Source: Planctomycetota bacterium (GTDB lineage Bacteria; Planctomycetota; GCA-002687715; CAIWVZ01). Taken from it: 30,660 bases of DNA. The notes beneath the pieces are model-generated. The model was not told the origin of the DNA. It ran no database searches and saw nothing but the letters and a program-made list of their open reading frames with translations. The position numbers and the translations under genes were made by a program. The stretch spans positions 1 to 30,660 of the forward strand of contig DASPNK010000456.1 in the NCBI GenBank assembly GCA_035626575.1, given 5' to 3'. Shown here piece after piece: positions 1 through 6,614 of the stretch. Each line of letters begins with the position of its first letter. The stretch's first letter is position 1.

Positions 1-1118
1 ACCAGCGCGGCCGCGGCGGCCCACCACACGGAGTCTCCGCCCGGCGTCTGCCAGAAGAGGCCTCCGCCCGGGCTCGGGTCGGGCGTCCCGAACCCGAGGT
101 GCCCGAACTCGGCGAGCGTCCGCTCGAAGCGCAGCCACGCGAGGCCGGCGTTCTCCGGCAGGTGCCGGAGCAGCGCCATCGGTTCGGAGACGAGCAGGTG
201 TTGCTCCTTCCGCACGAGCTTCCACGGCGCGAAGACGCTCGCCGCCGCCGCGATCGCGAAGAGGCCCGCTGGCGACCGATCGGGAACGGCGCGCGCCGCG
301 GCGACGAGTGCGACCAGCAGGAAGACGATCGCGCCTTCGTCCTTCGTCACGGCCGCGCCCAGGGCGGCGCCCATCGCGATCCAGGGGCGCGAGCGGCCGC
401 GCGCGTCCGGCGCGAGCGCGCCGCAGGCCGCGACGAAGAAGCTCGCGAGCGCAGCGTCGGCGTAGCCCGACGACGCATGCCGCGCGAAAAGCTGGATCAA
501 TCCGACGAGCAGCGCGCCGAAGAACGCGCCGAGGAGGTTCCCGCGGCGCGCCGTCGCGTCGAACCCGGCGAGGAGCCCGAGGAGGCAGAGGAGAAACGGC
601 GCGAGGCGGTGGGGGCGCGTATCGACGGCGTCGAACGGAGCGCTCAGCAGCGCGTTGAGGAGCGGCAGCCCGCGCACGTACTCGGGGTGGTAATGGACGC
701 GGACTTCGCCCGGCTTCAGGACGGCGTGGAGGCGCGGCGGCGCTTCGTCCATCGCGATCGCCGTCGCGGGCGTCCAGATGTACAGCGCGTCGTGGGCGTA
801 GACCGCCGTGCGCATCGCGTCCGACAGCGGCGCCGCGAGGCCGATCGCCGCGGCGACGAGCGGCGCGAGCTCGGCGAGCGCGCGCCGTCCGCCCGTCGGG
901 GCGGAGGGCGACGGCGTCGTCGGAGCTTCCGCGCGCGCCTTGACGGCGCGCGCGGCGATCCACGCGAGGATCGACGCGCCGATCACGGCGGGCCAGGCGA
1001 ACCGCCCGGGGATCTTCAGGCACACCAGCGCGTGCGTCGCGCCGAGCATCCAGCCGATCACGGCGAGCGCGCGCGTGCCGCATCGCGCGAGCCAGGGGGA
1101 CCAGGCCGCGTCGCTCAC
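1..1118 (-). CDS. Multi-pass membrane protein, GT-C fold (ArnT/PMT/GT39-like) glycosyltransferase candidate; 3' end outside window
   Basis: Not in the ORF track because it has no stop in the window. Read by hand from GTG at 1118 (GTGA overlap with the stop of 1115..2248): MSDAAWSPWLARCGTRALAVIGWMLG...; I found no in-frame stop down to base 3. Many hydrophobic helices plus YAHDALYIW, HYHPEYVRGLP, SGYADAA and TKDEG, which resemble the D..W / H..YP / GYAD / K.EG pattern of uncharacterised GT-C proteins. Confidence 0.6.
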   Translation of the reverse strand, partial: MSDAAWSPWLARCGTRALAVIGWMLGATHALVCLKIPGRFAWPAVIGASILAWIAARAVKARAEAPTTPSPSAPTGGRRALAELAPLVAAAIGLAAPLSDAMRTAVYAHDALYIWTPATAIAMDEAPPRLHAVLKPGEVRVHYHPEYVRGLPLLNALLSAPFDAVDTRPHRLAPFLLCLLGLLAGFDATARRGNLLGAFFGALLVGLIQLFARHASSGYADAALASFFVAACGALAPDARGRSRPWIAMGAALGAAVTKDEGAIVFLLVALVAAARAVPDRSPAGLFAIAAAASVFAPWKLVRKEQHLLVSEPMALLRHLPENAGLAWLRFERTLAEFGHLGFGTPDPSPGGGLFWQTPGGDSVWWAAAAAL

Positions 1119-2248
1119 GGCGTCTCCCGGAGGCGCCACAGCGAGCCGACGCCGTTGTGGAAGATGCGGCGCGCGGTCGGCGGCGCGGTCGCGGGCCGCA
1201 GTTGGAGTACGTAAGTGTCCGGGGCCGACGGCGCGAGGGCGAACGGATCCTGGTCTTCCGCCGCGACGAGCACCTTCCGCGGCGCGATCCTTACCGCGAT
1301 CTGCTGGCTGGTGTGGCCGGGCAAGCCGCCGTGGAGCGGTCCGGCGAGGACGATCGACGCCGACGCCGGCGTCGACGCGCGGATCGCGCGCGCCATCGCG
1401 GCGACGCCTTCGACCGACGCGGCGTCGGTCGCGGCGTCGGCGCCCGGCCATCGCAGCGGGTCGGGGATCAGGGGGAACGGGCCGCCGAGAGGCGCCCGCA
1501 CGCCGTAGGGGCCGGGCGTCGACAGCGAAGGCAACATGCGAAGCCGCCACACGCCGTCGCCGACGGCGAGACCTCCGGCCCCGACGTGACGCGACGGATC
1601 GACCCGCTCGACGCCGCGGTCGAACGCGAGCGCGATGGCGGCGAGCGCGACGATCGCGAGGCCCGCGCGACGGGGAAGGCGGCGACGATGCTCCAGGCGG
1701 GGCAGCGCGAGAAGGGCGGCGAGGACGACCGCGACGGCGAACGCGGTGAGCGCGTGCGCCGACCACGCGAGCGCCTCGAGGTGCGGGACGACGGACGCCG
1801 TCGGGCCGCGTCCCCGGACGACGCCGCAGCGGTAAACGTCCATCTTCCAGCCGCCGGGCTCCGACGTGTCGACGAGGATCGGTTGAATGCAGAGGCCGTC
1901 GGCGGGAAACCGCTGCCACGGCGCGAGCACCCTGGCGACGCCCGACGCTTCGACGGTCCCCACGGCGACCGGAGTCGCCTTCTCCGCGAGCGAATCCGCC
2001 GCGACGGTGGTGATCGCGGCCTTCGAGACGACGGCGTGCGGACCCGTGGGCGGCCCGACGAAGACGAGCAGCCGGCGCCCCGGCGGCGCGTCGGCGATCT
2101 CGATCTCGAGGCCTTCTTCCGTCGCGCGGTAGGTCGCGTCGCGCGCTTCGCGGCACCCCGCGAAGAGCGGAATCGCGACGGCGAAGAGAACCTTCGCGAG
2201 GCGTCGACGCCGCGCCGCGGCGGGGTCTCGAAGCTGGTGGCGCGTCAT
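1115..2248 (-). CDS. Hypothetical membrane/lipoprotein, 377 aa
   Basis: ATG start, RRRRL then a hydrophobic stretch and lipobox-like LFAG-C32, two internal TM-like segments; its stop overlaps the next start (GTGA). Confidence 0.55.
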   Translation of the reverse strand: MTRHQLRDPAAARRRRLAKVLFAVAIPLFAGCREARDATYRATEEGLEIEIADAPPGRRLLVFVGPPTGPHAVVSKAAITTVAADSLAEKATPVAVGTVEASGVARVLAPWQRFPADGLCIQPILVDTSEPGGWKMDVYRCGVVRGRGPTASVVPHLEALAWSAHALTAFAVAVVLAALLALPRLEHRRRLPRRAGLAIVALAAIALAFDRGVERVDPSRHVGAGGLAVGDGVWRLRMLPSLSTPGPYGVRAPLGGPFPLIPDPLRWPGADAATDAASVEGVAAMARAIRASTPASASIVLAGPLHGGLPGHTSQQIAVRIAPRKVLVAAEDQDPFALAPSAPDTYVLQLRPATAPPTARRIFHNGVGSLWRLRETP

Positions 2249-2255
2249 CGTCCGC

Positions 2256-2264
2256 TGCTAAAAC
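2256..2264 (+). promoter_or_regulatory. Putative extended -10 promoter for tRNA-Gln(UUG)
   Basis: TG-C-TAAAAC followed by a GC-rich discriminator (gccgcgaccc), 10 nt before the tRNA. Confidence 0.45.
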
Positions 2265-2274
2265 GCCGCGACCC

Positions 2275-2346
2275 TACCCCGTGGTGTAATCGGTAACACA
2301 GCAGGTTTTGGTCCTGTTATTCCAGGTTCGAGTCCTGGCGGGGTAA
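2275..2346 (+). tRNA. tRNA-Gln (anticodon UUG), CCA not encoded
   Basis: Acceptor stem TACCCCG/CGGGGTA, D-arm GTGT..ACAC, anticodon arm GCAGG-TTTTGGT-CCTGT, T-arm CCAGG-TTCGAGT-CCTGG; U1-A72 pair. Confidence 0.95.
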
Positions 2347-2359
2347 TCGCTATTAAATT

Positions 2360-2388
2360 CCGCCGCGCTCGCGCGGCGGCGGTTTTCT
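2360..2388 (+). terminator. Intrinsic terminator after tRNA-Gln(UUG)
   Basis: CCGCCGC (2360-2366) pairs with GCGGCGG (2376-2382), followed by TTTTCT. Confidence 0.6.
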
Positions 2389-2519
2389 GAGGCGCGCCGC
2401 TCGCGGCGCGCTCGATCTTCGACTCCGCGCCGCTCGCGGCTTGGTTGTTGAACGACTCCGCGCCGCTCGCGGCTTGGCGACACCTTGACTTCGCGCCGCT
2501 TGCGGCTTGGCGGTTGCAT
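2388..2519. repeat. Tandem repeat, 4 units with exact 33-bp period and palindromic core
   Basis: Core CGCGCCGCT(C/T)GCGGC at 2393, 2426, 2459 and 2492. Units 2-4 share GACT(C/T)CGCGCCGCT(C/T)GCGGCTTGG (24 nt) plus 9 variable nt. Confidence 0.85.
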
Positions 2520-2795
2520 GAAGCCGCCGGCGCGGCGGGGACGGCGGCGGTTTAGCAGAAGGGGCGTCGGCGCACGCGCGGGGCGCCGGAACGCGACGGG
2601 GTGCGGCGCTCGGTGCGTCGCACTTCGAGGAGCGAGGGAGCGCAGGACCGTCGCACGCGAAGCGCGCGGCGGCACTGCTTCGCTGCGGTCGTCGGCGAAC
2701 GTCCCTGCGCGGTGAAGGTCGGCGATGCGGGGCCGTCGCGTCGCTGCGCGCCGCGCGCGGGCCTCCGCGGTCCTCGCGGGGCCGGGAGGCGGGCG

Positions 2796-2824
2796 TTGAA
2801 AGGCGGGGCGGGCGGGCCTATCTT
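2796..2824 (+). promoter_or_regulatory. Sigma70-type promoter for tRNA-Gln(CUG) and probably the glmU operon
   Basis: TTGAAA (2796-2801), 17 nt, TATCTT (2819-2824), standing out in very GC-rich DNA. Confidence 0.7.
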
Positions 2825-2890
2825 GGCCGCCCGTCGCGACCACCCGCGCGACGACGGCGACGCGACGCGTCGTCGGACGAGGGTGACCAC

Positions 2891-2962
2891 TGCCCTGTGG
2901 TGTAATTGGTAACACGGCAGGTTCTGGCCCTGCTATTTCAGGTTCGAGTCCTGACGGGGCAA
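2891..2962 (+). tRNA. tRNA-Gln (anticodon CUG), CCA not encoded
   Basis: Acceptor stem TGCCCTG/CGGGGCA, anticodon arm GCAGG-TTCTGGC-CCTGC, T-arm TCAGG-TTCGAGT-CCTGA. Confidence 0.95.
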
Positions 2963-3033
2963 TCGCTTCGATCCGCGTCGAGCGCGGATCCCGTCTCGCC
3001 GTCGGCGCCTTTTCCGTCGACACGGAGTTCCCG

Positions 3034-4374
3034 GTGCCGAAGCGCGTCGACGTCCTCATCCTCGCCGCCGGCGAAGGCAAGCGGATGAAGAGCCCGACGC
3101 CCAAGGTCCTCGTCGACCTGCTCGGGCGTCCGCTGGTCGGCCACGTGATCGAAGCGGCGCGCACGCTCGCGCCGCGGCGCCTGGTGGTCGTCGCCGGGAA
3201 GCGGCTCCCCGAAGTGAAGGCGGCGTTCGCCGGACAGCGCGACGTCGCGTTCGCGCTGCAGCCGCATCCGAAGGGCACCGCCGACGCGGTGGCTCACGGC
3301 CTCGACGTCCTCCCCAAAGCGGCCGGCGACGTCGTGGTCCTGTGCGGCGACGTGCCGTTGCTCACGGCGGAGACGCTGAAGGCGCTGCTGACCGCCCATC
3401 GTCGCGCACGAGCCGGCGTGACGGCGCTCGTGGCCGTGGTCGAAGATCCGACCGGGCTCGGGCGCATCGTCCGCGACGCGAAGGGCGGCTTCGTCCGCAT
3501 CGTTGAGGAGAAGGACGCCGACGTCGAGACGCGGCGGATCCGCGAGATCAACGCCGGGGTGTACGTGTTCGACGCGAAGCGTCTCCGTGCGCACCTGAAG
3601 AAGGTCCGCCCGAACAACGTGCAGGGGGAGCTTTACCTCACCGACGTGCTTGAGATCGAGCGGTCGTCCGGAGGGAAGGTGGCGCTCGCCGTCGCTTCCG
3701 ATCCCGCCGAGGTGTCGGGGGTCAACCGCCCGTCGGAGCTGGAGAGGGCCCAGGCCCTGCTTCACGAGCGGTTCATCCGCGCGCACCAGGAGCGCGGCGT
3801 GCGCTTCAAGGCGCCCCATTTGACCTACTTGGAAGCCGGGGTGGAGCTGGGCGAAGGGACCGTCGTCGAGCCTTTTGTGGTCCTCAGGGCGGGCGTTAGC
3901 ATCGCCGCTCGCTGCCGGGTCGGCCCCTTCGCGCACGTGCGTCCCGGGACGCGGCTCGAACAGGGGGTCGACGTCGGCGCCTTCGTCGAGGTCAAGGCTT
4001 CGCGCCTCGGCCCCGGCGCGGCGGCGCGGCACCTGGCCTTCCTCGGAGACGCCGACGTCGGCGCGGGCGCCAACATCGGCGCCGGCGTCGTCACGGCGAA
4101 CTTCGACGGACGGCGCAAGCACCGCACGCGGATCGGAGCCGACGCTTTCGTCGGGTCCGGGACGGTGCTGGTGGCTCCGGTGTCGGTGGGCGACGGCGCG
4201 ACGACGGGCGCGGGCGCGGTGGTCACCCGCGGTCGCGACGTCCCGCCCGGCGCCGTCGTCGTCGGCGTGCCCGCGCGACCGTTGGCGCGTCGGGCGGGCG
4301 AACCGGTCGGCGAAGAACGAACGCCGGCTTCGGCGGACGGGCGGCGTCGCGTTCGACGCGCGGCCCGGCGCTGA
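3034..4374 (+). CDS. glmU: Bifunctional UDP-GlcNAc pyrophosphorylase / glucosamine-1-P N-acetyltransferase
   Basis: ILAAGEGKRMKS..PKVL, LCGDVPLL, NNVQGELYLTD, then hexapeptide repeats with HLAFLGDA, NIGAG and NFDG; GGAG upstream of GTG. Confidence 0.93.
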   Translation: MPKRVDVLILAAGEGKRMKSPTPKVLVDLLGRPLVGHVIEAARTLAPRRLVVVAGKRLPEVKAAFAGQRDVAFALQPHPKGTADAVAHGLDVLPKAAGDVVVLCGDVPLLTAETLKALLTAHRRARAGVTALVAVVEDPTGLGRIVRDAKGGFVRIVEEKDADVETRRIREINAGVYVFDAKRLRAHLKKVRPNNVQGELYLTDVLEIERSSGGKVALAVASDPAEVSGVNRPSELERAQALLHERFIRAHQERGVRFKAPHLTYLEAGVELGEGTVVEPFVVLRAGVSIAARCRVGPFAHVRPGTRLEQGVDVGAFVEVKASRLGPGAAARHLAFLGDADVGAGANIGAGVVTANFDGRRKHRTRIGADAFVGSGTVLVAPVSVGDGATTGAGAVVTRGRDVPPGAVVVGVPARPLARRAGEPVGEERTPASADGRRRVRRAARR

Positions 4375-4422
4375 GGTCGCAGGGTCCGCGGCGACGCGGA
4401 CGGAACGGGATTCGAGAGAGTC

Positions 4423-5088
4423 ATGCAGATCACGCCTCTGAAGACCGAGCCGCGCAGCCGGCTCGGCAGCGCCGAATCGCGGCGCACGCGCAACCAAGGC
4501 CGCCTTCCCGCCGTGGTGTACGGCCTCGAGGGCGCCCCGCACGCCTGCTCGGTCGACGCGCGCGCGTTCGAGGAGCACCTCCACGCCGGCCATCGCGCGT
4601 TCCAGCTCGACGTCGACGGCAAGGCGCAGTCGGCGTTGCTGCAGGACGTACAGTACGACGCGCTCGGCGAGCACATCGTCCACCTCGACTTCAAGCGCAT
4701 CGACCTGAACCGGAAGATCCGCGTCAAGGTTCCGCTCACGTTCGTCGGCCAGCCGGAGGCGTCTTCGGGCGCGGTGGTCGACCACGTGTCGGAGGACATC
4801 GAGGTCGAGTGCCTCCCCGCCGAGATCCCGGCGCACGTCGAGGTGCCGATCGCGGCGCTCACCGTCGGGCATCACATCGAGGCCAAAGACGTCGCGCTGC
4901 CGAAGAACGTCGTCCTGGTCGGCGATCCGCACCGCACCCTCGTCTCCTATCACTTCAAGTCCGTCGAGCAGGCGGCGGCCGCGACCGAGGTCGCCGCGAC
5001 GCCCGCTCAACCGGAAATGACCAAGGAGAAGAAGGACGCGGCGCCCGCGGCCGACGCGAAGGGCGGCGACAAGAAAGACAAGAAGTGA
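4423..5088 (+). CDS. rplY: 50S ribosomal protein bL25 (long CTC/TL5 type)
   Basis: RRTRNQGRLPAVVYG, LLQDVQYD..IVHLDF, VECLPAEIP..IEV; acidic/Lys-rich tail. Confidence 0.95.
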   Translation: MQITPLKTEPRSRLGSAESRRTRNQGRLPAVVYGLEGAPHACSVDARAFEEHLHAGHRAFQLDVDGKAQSALLQDVQYDALGEHIVHLDFKRIDLNRKIRVKVPLTFVGQPEASSGAVVDHVSEDIEVECLPAEIPAHVEVPIAALTVGHHIEAKDVALPKNVVLVGDPHRTLVSYHFKSVEQAAAATEVAATPAQPEMTKEKKDAAPAADAKGGDKKDKK

Positions 5089-5099
5089 CGGTCTGACCC

Positions 5100-5792
5100 G
5101 TGGCGTCGCCTCGCTGGGTGGTCGGAATCGGGAATCCCGGTCCGGACTACGCCGCGACGCGGCACAACGCGGGCTTCATGATCGTCGACGCGCTCGCGGC
5201 CCGGCTCGGCGCCGCGTGGCGTCCGGACGGTGCGGGCGGGTCGGTCGCGACGGGGCGTCGCGGCGACGCGCCCTTCACCCTCGCGAGGCCGGGCACGTTC
5301 GTGAACCGCACGGGTCTGGCGGTCGCGCGTCTGCGTGACGTCGCGGGACCGGCCTTCGACCCGTCGCGGCTTCTCGTCCTCGTGGACGACATGGCGCTCC
5401 CGCTCGGGCGGCTTCGGCTGCGCGCCGCGGGGAGCGACGGCGGCCACAACGGTCTTCGCTCGGTGATCGCCGAGCTCGAGACCGACGCATTCCCCCGCCT
5501 TCGGGCGGGGATCGGCGGCGTCCCCGCCGCGGCGTGGCGCGAGCATGTGCTCGCGCCGTTCGACGCGGAGGAGACGGCGCTCATGGAACGGGTCGTCGCC
5601 AAGGCGGCGGAGATCGCGGAAGGCTTCCTCGACGGAAGGCCGCTCGCGGAACTGCAGGCCGAGGCGAACCGCGCCTTTCCCCGGAAACCCGTTCCGGGGA
5701 CCGGCGGTCCCGGTGATCGCGGCGAGCGCCGCGACGGGCCGCCCGACCGCGGGGCGCGGGGGGAGTCATCCCTCGCGGGAGAGCTTCAGTGA
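5100..5792 (+). CDS. pth: Peptidyl-tRNA hydrolase with ~35-aa C-terminal extension
   Basis: VGIGNPG..Y..TRHNAGF, VDD, GSDGGHNGLRS, RLRAGIG; follows rplY as expected. Confidence 0.93.
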   Translation: MASPRWVVGIGNPGPDYAATRHNAGFMIVDALAARLGAAWRPDGAGGSVATGRRGDAPFTLARPGTFVNRTGLAVARLRDVAGPAFDPSRLLVLVDDMALPLGRLRLRAAGSDGGHNGLRSVIAELETDAFPRLRAGIGGVPAAAWREHVLAPFDAEETALMERVVAKAAEIAEGFLDGRPLAELQAEANRAFPRKPVPGTGGPGDRGERRDGPPDRGARGESSLAGELQ

Positions 5793-6205
5793 AGTACGAA
5801 GGCATGTTCCTGCTGGACAACAGCAAGGTGAAGGCGGACGCCGCCGAGTGCTGCGGGGTGGTCTCCGACCTCCTCAAGAAGCACGGCGCGAACGTCGTGA
5901 AGATCGAGCGTTGGGACGAGCGGAAGCTGGCTTACGAGATCCGCGGGCAGAAGCGCGCCACCTACGTGCTGGCGCACTTCGAGATGGCGCCGGAGAAGCC
6001 GGCCGAGCTGCGCGGCGACGTGAACCTGAGCGAGAGCTTCCTTCGCGCGCTGGTGTTGAACGTCGGCGAGGACTTCCCCCCCTTCGTGACCGCCGCCGAA
6101 TATGAGGCGATGCGGCCCAAGAAGGAGGAGGAGCCGCAGGACGACGGCGGCGACCGCCGCCGGCGCCGCCGCGACGACGACGGGATGGAAGACTTCAACG
6201 CCTGA
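5789..6205 (+). CDS. rpsF: 30S ribosomal protein bS6
   Basis: MKYEGMFLLD, WDERKLAYEI, YVLAHF, LRALV; GTG start overlapping the pth stop. Confidence 0.92.
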   Translation: MKYEGMFLLDNSKVKADAAECCGVVSDLLKKHGANVVKIERWDERKLAYEIRGQKRATYVLAHFEMAPEKPAELRGDVNLSESFLRALVLNVGEDFPPFVTAAEYEAMRPKKEEEPQDDGGDRRRRRRDDDGMEDFNA

Positions 6206-6226
6206 TCGAGAAGGAAGGAGCCGAAC

Positions 6227-6520
6227 ATGCGCGGCATGTCTCAAGCGAAGCTCAAGGCCAAGGAAAAGAAGAAGCGTCTCAAGAAGCTCACCGAGCGCGG
6301 CGTCTGCCGCTTCACTCGCGGGCTGAAGGACCCGGCGGAGATCAAGAAGTCGCTCCAGCAGCTCGACTACAAGAACGTCGACCTGCTCGCGCGCTTCCTC
6401 ACGCCGCAGGGCAAGCTCTTCTCGCGCAAGCGGTCCGGCAACAGCCAGCCGGCCCAGCAGCGCCTGAAGGTCGCCGTGAAGTACGCCCGCCAGCTCGCGC
6501 TCATCCCCTACGTGGGATGA
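6227..6520 (+). CDS. rpsR: 30S ribosomal protein bS18 (non-zinc form)
   Basis: LDYKNVDLLARFL..GKLFSRKRSG, QRLKVAVKYARQLALIPY; SD AAGGAG upstream. Confidence 0.92.
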   Translation: MRGMSQAKLKAKEKKKRLKKLTERGVCRFTRGLKDPAEIKKSLQQLDYKNVDLLARFLTPQGKLFSRKRSGNSQPAQQRLKVAVKYARQLALIPYVG

Positions 6521-6587
6521 GACGCGCCGGTCGTCGCGGCGCGGCCGCGCGACCCCCATCGACCCGAAACGACCCCGAAAACAAGGA

Positions 6588-6607
6588 CGGCCCGCCGGAG
6601 CGGGCCG
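6588..6607 (+). promoter_or_regulatory. 8-bp hairpin between SD-like AAGGA and the rplI ATG
   Basis: CGGCCCGC-CGGA-GCGGGCCG. Confidence 0.55.
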
Positions 6608-6614
6608 ACACACC

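Noticed and set aside
99-2296. Plus-strand ORFs 99-1214, 808-1749 and 1157-2296
   Set aside because: Arg-rich shadows of the two minus-strand membrane genes; no recognisable motifs.
2388-2519. CRISPR array
   Set aside because: Spacers are only 9 nt, there are four units, and no cas genes or AT-rich leader are present.
2275-2962. attL/attR pair of an integrated element at tRNA-Gln
   Set aside because: Both copies are full-length tRNAs with different anticodons and compensatory changes; no integrase, and only about 545 bp between them.
2274-3278. 334-aa minus-strand ORF containing PSRERRGV repeats
   Set aside because: Runs antisense through both tRNAs and the glmU start; the peptide repeat only reflects the 33-bp DNA repeat; Arg/Pro/Ala low complexity.
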